Virus record (IMG/VR): IMGVR_UViG_3300031718_000009
Span: 1-63,967 of that record
Reading direction: 5' to 3' (one strand)
Source: a virus
Taxonomy: Duplodnaviria; Caudoviricetes
DNA length: 63,967 nt
In this document: piece after piece, positions 8,658-17,051 of the stretch
How the letters are laid out: each line of letters starts with the position of its first letter
How positions within the stretch are numbered: the first letter of the stretch is position 1
Translations under genes and position numbers: made by a program
Notes under the pieces: model-generated
Told to the model about the DNA's origin: nothing
The model's database searches: none
Seen by the model: the letters and a program-made list of their open reading frames with translations, nothing else

Positions 8658-9050
8658 TCACTCGTTGCCCCAAAGAGCATCGCGAGCCTTAGCCAACGCA
8701 GCCGCAGCCTCACATAAAGCGCGATCATCAACGCCCATCCGGCGCGCGCGAGCCGTTGCAATTTCATGTTCGGCTGCCCTAATTTGTTCAGCGGCTTTGC
8801 GCTCTGTAGCAACACAAAGTCTATCAAATACATCGGCCGCAATCGTCTTTGGTGGCCGATAGCGAAGGGTATGAAGAAACGATATTCGAATGCCCGTGAA
8901 GCGTGCCACGCGATCCCGCGCAAGGCGGCGAGAGCCTGTGGCATCGACCTCTTTGTCTTCGAGCGCTGCCGCCATTTTGCGTGCGTCATCGACAAAACCT
9001 GAAGCATCCATTTTCGTTTGCTCCAAACGTGAACGCGGTTTGCGGACCAT
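8658..9050 (-). CDS. Putative CII-like regulator
   Basis: HTH-like VARFTGI...LRYRPPK; downstream of the cro-like gene. Confidence 0.5.
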   Translation of the reverse strand: MVRKPRSRLEQTKMDASGFVDDARKMAAALEDKEVDATGSRRLARDRVARFTGIRISFLHTLRYRPPKTIAADVFDRLCVATERKAAEQIRAAEHEIATARARRMGVDDRALCEAAAALAKARDALWGNE

Positions 9051-9180
9051 GATAATTTCTCCGTGCGATGGTCAAACCATCGAAGGAGAGCCTTCAAAAT
9101 GTTCCGCGAACGCAACACAGCTACAAACACACTTCAGACGCTCGGCATTGCAGTGCCAAGCGTCACGTCATCGAAGCTCG

Positions 9181-9218
9181 AAAAGGAAAAAGGCCGCGCG
9201 AAAAAGCTTCACGCGGCC
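9181..9218 (-). terminator. Intrinsic terminator (tR1-like)
   Basis: Minus-strand GGCCGCGTGAA/TTCGCGCGGCC stem followed by TTTTTCCTTTT. Confidence 0.7.
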
Positions 9219-9476
9219 AAGCGACTCGCAAGGTGCGAGACGACAAGCAGCGGTGACATGAGCTGAAGCCGCCGCTTGAAAGGGGATAGGATTGATCAGT
9301 TTTTAGGCTGCGCAGCCGCTTTGCATGAGCACCATGGAATCGAACACCACGCGCGCGATATCCGAAATTCTCGCCAGTCTGATCGCCATGCTCGCCGCGC
9401 GCGGGATCATCACACCCACCGAAGTGCTGACACTCGCCGTGATCGCCGAGCGATATGCGGAAAAGTAAGCGCGCGC

Positions 9477-9734
9477 TCATTCCGCCGCCTCGATCTCTCG
9501 AATCTGCGTTGGGGGCGGCAGGAAATCATTCGGCGAGATGCAATCATCGTCGTAATCCGCAATGATGCCGCGACGTTTGCACTCTCTCATAAGTACGACC
9601 GCCGCTATGGGCGGAATGCGGCGCTCGCGCTTCCACTTGCCAACAAGGTCCGCCGAAGGGCGCTTGCCGCGTGCTGCGGCTATGACCTCAAGAGAGGAAT
9701 TCTCGCCGCCAAGCTTATCAAAAATCCTGAACAT
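9477..9734 (-). CDS. Cro-like HTH regulator
   Basis: IFDKLGG...VGKWKRERRIP; divergent from the repressor gene. Confidence 0.7.
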   Translation of the reverse strand: MFRIFDKLGGENSSLEVIAAARGKRPSADLVGKWKRERRIPPIAAVVLMRECKRRGIIADYDDDCISPNDFLPPPTQIREIEAAE

Positions 9735-9740
9735 AGGAGC

Positions 9741-9769
9741 GGTGTAGGATTATTTGTCTAGCTAGTCAA
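9741..9769 (-). promoter_or_regulatory. PR-like promoter, probably giving a leaderless cro mRNA
   Basis: TTGACT-N17-TACACC; ATG 6 nt downstream; no SD. Confidence 0.6.
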
Positions 9770-9825
9770 GAAATTTTATCGCTAGCCGGAAAAATACGAA
9801 TTTGGGGACGAGTCTTTTTACCTTC

Positions 9826-9855
9826 TTGCAACGTTGAGAAAAAAAATCGTATGCC
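9826..9855 (+). promoter_or_regulatory. PRM-like promoter overlapping operator GAAAAAAAATCG (9838-9849)
   Basis: TTGCAA-N18-TATGCC; ATG 5 nt downstream. Confidence 0.5.
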
Positions 9856-9860
9856 TATGA

Positions 9861-10295
9861 ATGGCCAAGCTTGACATAGAGCGCTTGGAAAAAGAGATCG
9901 GCGAACGAATTGACGCGGCGGTCAGGGCCGATCCGCGCCCGCAGGCCGAGATCGCCACCGCATTGGGGTTAAGCGCTAGTGCGCTGCAAAAAATTCAGGA
10001 AGGCAAAAGCACGACGCAATACGCCAAGCTCGCGCAAATGGCCGAAGTCCTATGCCGGACCCCAAATGAATTGCTTGGCTTTGCCGCGGTGGACCGCGAG
10101 GTTCTCAGGGGGGCAATAGAGGGCGCTTGCGAGGGACTCGGATATCCCCAGCTTGCGGCTCAGGCGCTTGCTCTAACTGTTCTAAAAGTAATCGAAACAC
10201 CAGAAGTCGGCGATCAATCATCCAATCCTCTGGAGCGTGCCCGCTCGATCGCCAAGTTTCTAACTCAGCAATCTTCTGAGTTACGACGGCGATAG
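9861..10295 (+). CDS. CI-like XRE-family repressor without a visible S24 peptidase domain
   Basis: PQAEIATALGLSASALQKIQEG...LAQMAEVL..TPNELLG HTH. Confidence 0.8.
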   Translation: MAKLDIERLEKEIGERIDAAVRADPRPQAEIATALGLSASALQKIQEGKSTTQYAKLAQMAEVLCRTPNELLGFAAVDREVLRGAIEGACEGLGYPQLAAQALALTVLKVIETPEVGDQSSNPLERARSIAKFLTQQSSELRRR

Positions 10296-10424
10296 CCCCC
10301 GTTCTCACTCCAATTCGGTCAGTCATTTATGTCCTCGCCGCCCCTGGCGGCTGACATTTCATGACATTTAGTTAACGGCTTTTTCAAGTGGTAAAGGGCT
10401 CTGGACAAAATTTATTTCAATTTG

Positions 10425-10466
10425 CGATTTTTTTTCTTTGACAAACCGATTTTTTTTCCGTATGGT
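10425..10466 (+). promoter_or_regulatory. PL-like promoter with two CGATTTTTTTTC operators
   Basis: TTGACA(10438)-N17-TATGGT; identical 12-mers at 10425-10436 and 10447-10458. Confidence 0.75.
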
Positions 10467-10560
10467 TCTCTCCATTCGCGGTGAAGCGGGAAGGCGGCAA
10501 GCGGCGCAGAAGCAGCGCCGGCGGTCAGGACCCTCGCGAAGCAGGAAATGGAGAGCAAAA

Positions 10561-10707
10561 ATGAAATGGGCAACTTTCACTTCTGAGCAGCAGGAAGCTG
10601 TTGAGCAGTGCTTGCATTGGTGTCGATGGCACCACCACCACATCCTAGCGGAGAACTTCTCCCAATGGTTGAGGCAAGGTGGATACTGGTATCCGGTGTC
10701 GCCATGA
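10561..10707 (+). CDS. Small early hypothetical protein
   Basis: RBS GGAGAG; ATGA-coupled to the next gene. Confidence 0.55.
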   Translation: MKWATFTSEQQEAVEQCLHWCRWHHHHILAENFSQWLRQGGYWYPVSP

Positions 10708-10880
10708 CCCTTGAACCGATCACAATCTCGCTCATCGAGTACCGTGTATTAATCGTCTTTCTGATCGTGGTGCCATCCATCTTGCTCGTGGCGACGATAC
10801 AACTGTCAATATGGCTGGCGAAGGCGTTCCTACAGGTGTGGCTGGCGAAAGCGGTCGTACGGCTGAGGGTGCGCAAATGA
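10704..10880 (+). CDS. Small membrane protein
   Basis: Hydrophobic; ATGA-coupled at both ends. Confidence 0.55.
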   Translation: MTLEPITISLIEYRVLIVFLIVVPSILLVATIQLSIWLAKAFLQVWLAKAVVRLRVRK

Positions 10881-11248
10881 CCGCGCGCTTTACCGCCGAT
10901 CCCCCGCTCGCCTCCGCCGGCTCGTGGCCCGTGCGCCCCTCGCCTGCGCGACTCGCCCAGCTAGAAACGACCTGGCGTGCGAACATGGCGCGCCGAGACG
11001 CCGCCGCGAAGGAATACGGCGAGCCGGAAACCCCGCACGAGTTCTACCGCGGGCGACCAGGATCGCAGGCAGAAACGATTGTCCTCGACTGCTTGCGTGC
11101 GCTCCAAGCGATCCCAGAGTTCGACCGGCTGTTCGCCGACGAGCTCATGGACGTCATTGCGCGCGACTACATCGCTACGGCGACGGGCTCCCCGACAAGG
11201 ATACGTAGGCTCACGGCGCTGCTAGAGATCGCGGGGGGAAAGGAATGA
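10877..11248 (+). CDS. Hypothetical protein
   Basis: ATGA-coupled start within the listed ORF. Confidence 0.6.
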   Translation: MTARFTADPPLASAGSWPVRPSPARLAQLETTWRANMARRDAAAKEYGEPETPHEFYRGRPGSQAETIVLDCLRALQAIPEFDRLFADELMDVIARDYIATATGSPTRIRRLTALLEIAGGKE

Positions 11249-11331
11249 TCACCGCCGTCGCCATATTTATCTGCTTGCTGGTCGCGTCCGCGTGCGTGTT
11301 TCTCAGCTACTTTAACGGGGGCTCACCATGA
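11245..11331 (+). CDS. 28-aa membrane peptide (MITAVAIFICLLVASACVFLSYFNGGSP)
   Basis: Translated by hand; coupled at both ends. Confidence 0.5.
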   Translation: MITAVAIFICLLVASACVFLSYFNGGSP

Positions 11332-11699
11332 GCGAGTTTCACGAAGGCCAAGAGGTCGAGGTGCGCGTAAGCGAAGATGGCCAGATTTATCGCGAATGGC
11401 ACAAGGCGAAGATCATTCCTCATGTCTATGATTCCGTAACCGCAAAAACGCCAGGCCTATATCGCGTCCAATTCCCCGATGGGACTAGCTGCGTCTTCGA
11501 CACGGCGCACATCCAGAAGCGCACGCGCAGCTACGATCCAATTTGCGACGCGGTTGCAGTCCACTTTATGGATAGACCCACCCCCGACTGGCTTGTCGAA
11601 GAGCTTGCGCAGCACATTCAAGACACGATTGAGGATTGGCTTACGTCTGAAAGCGAACGGATCGAGGCGGCGATCGCCAAGGCGAAGGAAACGGCATGA
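11328..11699 (+). CDS. Tudor/SH3-like domain protein (paralogue A)
   Basis: F.EGQEVEV...W.KAKI...Y.VQFPDGT..VFD..HI. Confidence 0.65.
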   Translation: MSEFHEGQEVEVRVSEDGQIYREWHKAKIIPHVYDSVTAKTPGLYRVQFPDGTSCVFDTAHIQKRTRSYDPICDAVAVHFMDRPTPDWLVEELAQHIQDTIEDWLTSESERIEAAIAKAKETA

Positions 11700-12592
11700 C
11701 CGGCCCTGGCCTCTATCCCGACATGCCGGCGGCAACCTACCATGCCGATCCTGCCGACGAGCCGAGCCTTTCAAGCTCGATCGCAAAAATTCTGATCAAT
11801 GAGACCCCAAAGCACGCGCGCGAAGCCCATCCGCGGCTCAATCCGAATTTCACGGAAAAAACAGCAACGAAAGCAATGGATCTCGGCTCTGTCGCGCACG
11901 AAATTCTACTCGGCAAGGGCACCGGGTTCGAAGTGTGCCCATACGATGATTACAAAACGAAGGTCGCCCGCGAGTGGCGCGACGAAATCACATTGAGCGG
12001 CAAAATCCCGATAAAAGAGGATGACCTTGATGCGGCCGAAGCAATGGCCTCTGCCGTTTGTGCAAGGCTTGCTGAAATCCAAGGGATCGAACGTGCGCTC
12101 ATAGAAGGCGCGGCCGAAACGTCAATCATCTGGCGCGACGCGCTAGGCCCAATGTGCCGCGCGCGGCCCGACTGGCTCGATTTAGGTGGCCCCGCCATCT
12201 ACGATCTCAAGACGACCGGAACTGGCCTCGACGACCGTTCCTTGAACGCAAAAATCGCCTCCCCGTATACCGCGTACGACATGCGCGCAGCATTTTATCT
12301 TCGCGGGATCGAACGGCTTGTGCCGGCAGCCGCCGGGCGGATCGTCTACCGCTGGATTTTCGTCGAAAGTGCGCCGCCTTTCGAAGCCCGTGTTGTCGAA
12401 ATGGACGAAATCACGCGCGGCTTCGGCGACAGGAAGGCCGCATACGCAATAGCTAAGTGGCAACGATGCCTCACCGAAAATCGTTGGCCAGGCTATCCGC
12501 GCAAGATCGAGAAGCCGAGTTATCCGCCTTGGGCCGAGACGGCGTGGCTCGATCGCGAATTCGAGGAGATGGTCAGTGACACAGTTTCGTGA
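11696..12592 (+). CDS. RecE/exonuclease VIII-like PD-(D/E)XK nuclease (DUF3799 type)
   Basis: YHAD...LSSS, GSVAH, CRARPDW, DLKTT and Y..RAAFY motifs. Confidence 0.88.
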   Translation: MTGPGLYPDMPAATYHADPADEPSLSSSIAKILINETPKHAREAHPRLNPNFTEKTATKAMDLGSVAHEILLGKGTGFEVCPYDDYKTKVAREWRDEITLSGKIPIKEDDLDAAEAMASAVCARLAEIQGIERALIEGAAETSIIWRDALGPMCRARPDWLDLGGPAIYDLKTTGTGLDDRSLNAKIASPYTAYDMRAAFYLRGIERLVPAAAGRIVYRWIFVESAPPFEARVVEMDEITRGFGDRKAAYAIAKWQRCLTENRWPGYPRKIEKPSYPPWAETAWLDREFEEMVSDTVS

Positions 12593-12821
12593 TGGACAGG
12601 AAGTCGAGGTCGAAGGCATTTGGTTTAAGCGTGGCGAAACAAGCCGCGAGATCGCGTGGCGCAAGGCGAAGATCGTTCCCACGCGCCAAGGAAGCCCCGC
12701 GCAACCACCGGATTTTTACGGCGTCCAATTCCCCGACGGCACGCGCGCCGTGTTCGACGCAGAGCATATCAGGCCAATCGGCGACTTTGAACTTGGTATT
12801 GTTAGGAGTGATTTCCGGTGA
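12576..12821 (+). CDS. Tudor/SH3-like domain protein (paralogue B)
   Basis: F.DGQEVEV...W.KAKI...YGVQFPDGT..VFD..HI. Confidence 0.65.
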   Translation: MTQFRDGQEVEVEGIWFKRGETSREIAWRKAKIVPTRQGSPAQPPDFYGVQFPDGTRAVFDAEHIRPIGDFELGIVRSDFR

Positions 12822-13546
12822 ATGACGACATTCTACGAACCATCGAACCAAAATCAGATCAATTAAACGCTGACAGCTTACTCGGCCGCACGCTCACGAT
12901 CAAAGTCACGAAAGTGATGGTCAGTGATGGGGGCAAGGGCGATCAGCCGGTAACAGTCTCATTCGAGGCTGACGATGGCAAGCCGTATAAGCCGTGCAAG
13001 TCCATGCGCCGCGTCTTGGTCTTCGTTTGGGGGCCGGACGTAAGCGCATGGGCCGGACGATCGATGACGCTCTATCGTGACGAGCATGTGATGTTCGCAG
13101 GGGCGGAAATCGGCGGCATCCGCATTTCGCATATGTCCGGGATAAAGACGCCATGCACGCTGTCGCTAACCTCTTCGCGCAGCAATCGAAAACCATACAC
13201 CGTTCAGCCGCTTACGCAGCGGCGCAACCTGCTTGCGGCACCAGAGGAGCCAGTTGATAGCCTTTCTCTCGTCCTGGATGGCCATCGCATCGCCGAACAA
13301 GGAATGGCCGAGCTTGGCGCTTTCTGGCAGCGGTTGACGCCGGATCAAAAGCGACAGGCGGGCGGTGCCGCGCAGCTCGAAAGCTGGAAGCGCACGGCGG
13401 TTGAGGCTGACCACGCCGCGCTAGTCGATCCCCCCGCCGGTCGCGCCGCGGGGGTGAAGGATACGGGGGCGGTGGAGCCCCCCGATGCTGCCCCCGCATC
13501 CGAGATCAAAGCTGCGGCACAATGGGGAGGAGAGTGGCTGATATGA
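12818..13546 (+). CDS. Conserved phage recombination-module protein (putative ssDNA-binding/annealing)
   Basis: PKSDQLNAD, KPYKPCKSMRRVL..VWG and GGIRISHMS motifs; next to the exonuclease. Confidence 0.55.
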   Translation: MNDDILRTIEPKSDQLNADSLLGRTLTIKVTKVMVSDGGKGDQPVTVSFEADDGKPYKPCKSMRRVLVFVWGPDVSAWAGRSMTLYRDEHVMFAGAEIGGIRISHMSGIKTPCTLSLTSSRSNRKPYTVQPLTQRRNLLAAPEEPVDSLSLVLDGHRIAEQGMAELGAFWQRLTPDQKRQAGGAAQLESWKRTAVEADHAALVDPPAGRAAGVKDTGAVEPPDAAPASEIKAAAQWGGEWLI

Positions 13547-13731
13547 TGACCTTTACCGCTGAGGAAAAATTCAAATGCGCCGCGCGCGAGGCGAAAATGC
13601 GCCTTCGCGTATATCCGCGATTGGTTGAAAAAGGCCAACTGACCGAAGAAACGTCCAAACGCGAGATCGCGTTAATGGCCGCGATCGTCGAAGACTACCG
13701 CGCGCTTGCCGCAGAAGAGAGGCTGATATGA
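13543..13731 (+). CDS. Small phage protein (EK..CA.RE..MR..VYPR type)
   Basis: ATGA-coupled; flanked by a 16-bp direct repeat. Confidence 0.7.
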   Translation: MMTFTAEEKFKCAAREAKMRLRVYPRLVEKGQLTEETSKREIALMAAIVEDYRALAAEERLI

Positions 13732-13982
13732 AACAGACCAAAGTGTTTGAAGCCGACGACGGAACGCAGTTTCCAACGGCGGCAGAATGCAAAGTGTATG
13801 AGGAATACGGATATCTTTATGATCTTCTCAGCGCGCTTGACTCCGCGCAAATCCGTGATGCTCTCGACCGTACCGATGTCAAGCTCGCCGACGCCTTTGA
13901 GCGCGCCGGCGGCATCATCGCGGCGAAGCGGCGCGAGAGCGGCGAATTGCGACGCAGGAAGAAATCGGGACAAAAGCCATGA
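13728..13982 (+). CDS. Hypothetical protein
   Basis: FEADDGTQF...EC..YE motif; coupled to neighbours. Confidence 0.7.
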   Translation: MKQTKVFEADDGTQFPTAAECKVYEEYGYLYDLLSALDSAQIRDALDRTDVKLADAFERAGGIIAAKRRESGELRRRKKSGQKP

Positions 13983-14092
13983 GCTATGATGCCCTTGTTT
14001 TCTGGCTCGGGATATTCATGGGGTTCACAGTCGGCCGTGCCTTCACGCCAATATGCAAGGCTATAAGCGATTTCTGGAAAGGTGCAACATGA
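13979..14092 (+). CDS. 37-aa membrane peptide (MSYDALVFWLGIFMGFTVGRAF...)
   Basis: Translated by hand; ATGA-coupled at both ends. Confidence 0.5.
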   Translation: MSYDALVFWLGIFMGFTVGRAFTPICKAISDFWKGAT

Positions 14093-14352
14093 CGCTCGCT
14101 CTTCCGCTGCGGCTTGATGGTAGTTTCCATATTCTTGATGCAAATGGCGCACCAATCGCAATGCTTTATTTCACGCCACATGTGCCTGTACGCCGCGAAC
14201 ACGGCGAGGAAATCGTCGCGGCCATCAACTCGCACGATCGGCTGCTCGCGGCGGCGAAGGCAGGCTTGGAAGCGTTGCAGGCGAGCGACTTAGACCCACA
14301 ATCATACCAATGGGTGAAAGATGCCATCGCAGCGGCCGAGGCCGCGCAATGA
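14089..14352 (+). CDS. Hypothetical protein
   Basis: IVAAINSHD.LL motif typical of small early phage proteins. Confidence 0.65.
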   Translation: MTLALPLRLDGSFHILDANGAPIAMLYFTPHVPVRREHGEEIVAAINSHDRLLAAAKAGLEALQASDLDPQSYQWVKDAIAAAEAAQ

Positions 14353-14639
14353 CCCGCGACGAACAGCGCGCGAAGTTCGCCAAAACAATGGCCGATGCAC
14401 TCCACGACATGACAGACGACGATCCGTTTTCGCCAGAACAGGAATTAAGGATTGCATATTTTATCCTCGACTCCTTGCACGGCATCGCGTTCGTCAATCC
14501 GATCGAAACGACGGAGGAGATGTGGAAGGCTGCGGATGATGAATGGATAGCGGCCGAAGGCTATATCGATTTTTCTGAGTTTTGGCGTGCCATGGCCGCC
14601 GCTGGCGACCTCACCAACCCGCAGGAGACGAAGCCGTGA
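14349..14639 (+). CDS. Hypothetical protein
   Basis: P.E.TEEM..A motif; coupled to neighbours. Confidence 0.65.
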   Translation: MTRDEQRAKFAKTMADALHDMTDDDPFSPEQELRIAYFILDSLHGIAFVNPIETTEEMWKAADDEWIAAEGYIDFSEFWRAMAAAGDLTNPQETKP

Positions 14640-14968
14640 ACCGCGACGAACGCGACTGGACAACCCCAACCCTTACCGAAGTCCGCTCGCTTCGCCCGGC
14701 CGATCTCGCCAAGCGCTGGCAGTGCTCTGACCGCCACGTCCGCAACCTCGTGCGCGCAATGATCTTGCCAAGTTTCCGCGTCGGGGGCAAGCTGATACGA
14801 ATTCCTCTGGACGCCGTCGAGGCTTACGAGGGGCTAGCGCAAAGATGCAACCAAAGTTTCGGGCAGTCCTCTATCGCGGGCACTACTACGCCGCCTGGCG
14901 GGAAAACGGAACCATCCGCCGCAAAGCGCTTCGTACCCGCGATCGTGAGTGCGCCGAGCAAACGCTGA
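14636..14968 (+). CDS. xis: Excisionase (HTH_17/MerR-like)
   Basis: LRPADLAKRWQCSDRHVRNL...LPSFRVGGKLIRIP; GTG start with GGAG RBS; overlaps the integrase gene. Confidence 0.8.
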   Translation: MNRDERDWTTPTLTEVRSLRPADLAKRWQCSDRHVRNLVRAMILPSFRVGGKLIRIPLDAVEAYEGLAQRCNQSFGQSSIAGTTTPPGGKTEPSAAKRFVPAIVSAPSKR

Positions 14969-15882
14969 AATCTTTCGCCGAGCAGTACGAGATCGCCAAC
15001 CGGCCGCAGGTCATTACCGTGGAGTTTGTCTGGAATGGATACCGTGAAACGCTCGCTGGTCGTCCTGCCGGCAAAACAATGGAATTTGAGGCGCGAGCGC
15101 TGCTTCCATTCCTTGGCTCAATTCCTGCCGGCTCTATCACAGAGAGAGATTGCCGGGATTATCATGAGCGCAGAAAAGCTTCAGGACGCAAAGACGGAAC
15201 AATCTGGACAGAGCTCGGGCGACTGCGATCGGCGCTGAAATGGGCGGAAAGAAAAAACCTGATCGTCAAGGCCCCGGCGATTTATCGGCCGCCAGCGTCC
15301 CCGCCGCGGGATTTGCGCTTGACGCGGGAACAAGCTTCCAAGTTCATGTCCTCATGCGTGATGCCGCACGTCAGACTCTTCGTCATTCTCGCCATGACGA
15401 CCGGCGCGAGAGCTGGAGCCCTCCTCGGGTTGACGTGGGATCGCATCGACTTCGATGGGAAATTGATCGATTTAGCCGATCCGGCGCGCCCGAGGACTAA
15501 GAAAGGCCGGCCAATGGTGCCAATGAACCGCACGGCCGCCGCCGCCCTCCAGGAAGCCCGCGCGGGGGCGCTGACGCCCTTCGTGATCGAATGGGATGGG
15601 AAGCCGGTGCAGAGTGTGAAGAAGGCCCTAGCGGCCGCCGGGAAGCGCTGCGGGCTGCCTTGGGTGAGCGCGCATGTGTTCCGGCATTCCGCGGCGAGCT
15701 GGATGGCCGAGGCGGGGGTGAGCATGGACAGGATCGCGGCGTTTCTCGGCCATACCGACAGCCGGATTACCTCCCGCGTCTATGCTAAGTTTTCGCCCGA
15801 TTATCTGCGCGATGCGGCCGAGGCGCTGGAGATCGATCTATTGAAGGACGGCATTCGTGCTCCGCACAGAAACATTCGATGA
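14845..15882 (+). CDS. int: Tyrosine recombinase/integrase
   Basis: TGAR, HVFRH, LGH and VY catalytic motifs. Confidence 0.95.
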   Translation: MQPKFRAVLYRGHYYAAWRENGTIRRKALRTRDRECAEQTLKSFAEQYEIANRPQVITVEFVWNGYRETLAGRPAGKTMEFEARALLPFLGSIPAGSITERDCRDYHERRKASGRKDGTIWTELGRLRSALKWAERKNLIVKAPAIYRPPASPPRDLRLTREQASKFMSSCVMPHVRLFVILAMTTGARAGALLGLTWDRIDFDGKLIDLADPARPRTKKGRPMVPMNRTAAAALQEARAGALTPFVIEWDGKPVQSVKKALAAAGKRCGLPWVSAHVFRHSAASWMAEAGVSMDRIAAFLGHTDSRITSRVYAKFSPDYLRDAAEALEIDLLKDGIRAPHRNIR

Positions 15883-16162
15883 CGAAGAGTGGCAACTCGT
15901 CCCAAAAAAACCGACGCCTGCTATGCTTGGGAAAGCACTATCCGTAACCGCGTCTTGGCTTAACCTATCAGGAAGCGGCGTAACTATGAATTACAAGAAA
16001 ATGAGCATGAGATACAGAGCTATGTTGTATGCTGCTCCGGTGCCTTATGATCAAGATAAGAATTGGGATAAAGACCTAGAACTGGCATTAGCTGAACGTC
16101 AAGTAATCGAGGCGCTGGAGATCGACACAGTGGCCGAAGTGAAAGGAAAGGTGACGGGATGA
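15857..16162 (+). CDS. Lower-GC inserted gene (WQLVPKKPT..M motif)
   Basis: Lies between the two copies of an 18-bp direct repeat. Confidence 0.6.
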   Translation: MLRTETFDDEEWQLVPKKPTPAMLGKALSVTASWLNLSGSGVTMNYKKMSMRYRAMLYAAPVPYDQDKNWDKDLELALAERQVIEALEIDTVAEVKGKVTG

Positions 16163-16458
16163 GCGGCGAGTGGCAACCGATCGAGACGGCGCCGAGAGAT
16201 GGAACTTGGGTCATCGTCTATCGGCCGAATGCCAACGAATACATTAGACACATAGGTCAGGACCACTGGCGATTGGACCTCGAAGGCGGCTGTTGGGGAG
16301 GATCGCCTGCATTATGCCAGCCTACTCATTGGATGCCTTTCCCGGAGCCGCCTGCGGAGTCGCCCCGTGTTCATCGGGCACGCTCGAAAGAACCTTCCGT
16401 GCCCGAAACGGCTACAAATGCCGGCCCAAAAAAGGCAAAGGACGCCAAAAGCCCTTAG
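16159..16458 (+). CDS. DUF551-family protein
   Basis: WQPIETAPRDGT...PTHWMP.PEPP. Confidence 0.8.
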   Translation: MSGEWQPIETAPRDGTWVIVYRPNANEYIRHIGQDHWRLDLEGGCWGGSPALCQPTHWMPFPEPPAESPRVHRARSKEPSVPETATNAGPKKAKDAKSP

Positions 16459-16478
16459 ATTCCAGTGTGGCCGCTATT

Positions 16479-16523
16479 TTCACACGGGAGGGGTCGTTGG
16501 TTCGAAACCAACCGTGCCCACCA
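16479..16523 (+). other. attP core: 3' half of tRNA-Val(CAC)
   Basis: TT-CAC-AC anticodon loop, T-arm GTTGG-TTCGAAA-CCAAC and acceptor strand CGTGCCC-A-CCA. The 5' half is absent; the site is downstream of the integrase. Confidence 0.88.
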
Positions 16524-16593
16524 ATATTTACAGATATTTAGCCTTTGGGCTAAATTTACGAAGGGTGTTCAAGTGAACGTGAAGCGAGGCAAT

Positions 16594-16821
16594 ATGGCCA
16601 TGATACGGACTTTCCTTCTATGTTTCGTTTCGTTTTGGTGCGGCGTCCTTGCCACCGGGTATCGACAGCATTGGGTTTGGCCTACGGCGGCAGACAAGAT
16701 GAACCAGACCGCCGGGCCACTCGCCGGCTTTTGCTTGCGCGGCTATCCTATTCCGGACCCGGAAGCTCGCGCCGCGAACGAAGCGGCTTGCGCCAATCTG
16801 AAGGGCGCCCTGGCGAAATGA
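16594..16821 (+). CDS. Small membrane/exported protein
   Basis: Hydrophobic N-terminus; Cys pair; located after attP. Confidence 0.55.
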   Translation: MAMIRTFLLCFVSFWCGVLATGYRQHWVWPTAADKMNQTAGPLAGFCLRGYPIPDPEARAANEAACANLKGALAK

Positions 16822-17051
16822 ACCTCTTACAGACCGTCACCTGCCCTCAATGCGGACACAAGAGTTACCTCGACCATGATTATATCGTTGAGCTTGGAGA
16901 CGTTCTTGAATGCGGAAACCACAATTGTTCAATCATGTTCCAGCCGGACGACACAAACACGGAAACGTTTTCATGGGATGGCGTCAAGCTTGTTCACGTT
17001 TCAACCCCTGATAATCGCGGGCCAACAGACCGCGACCTGAGAAACGCATGA
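16818..17051 (+). CDS. Zinc-ribbon protein
   Basis: CPQCG...ECGNHNC. Confidence 0.65.
   Translation: MNLLQTVTCPQCGHKSYLDHDYIVELGDVLECGNHNCSIMFQPDDTNTETFSWDGVKLVHVSTPDNRGPTDRDLRNA

Noticed and set aside
4811-9492. Similar EAAE-stop/ATGAGCGC junctions at 4815 and 9477 as a cassette boundary
   Set aside because: GAGG-containing EAAE endings arise naturally from SD plus ATGA coupling, so this is too generic to count.
16479-16523. Functional tRNA gene
   Set aside because: The 5' acceptor strand and D-arm are missing; it is an att core.
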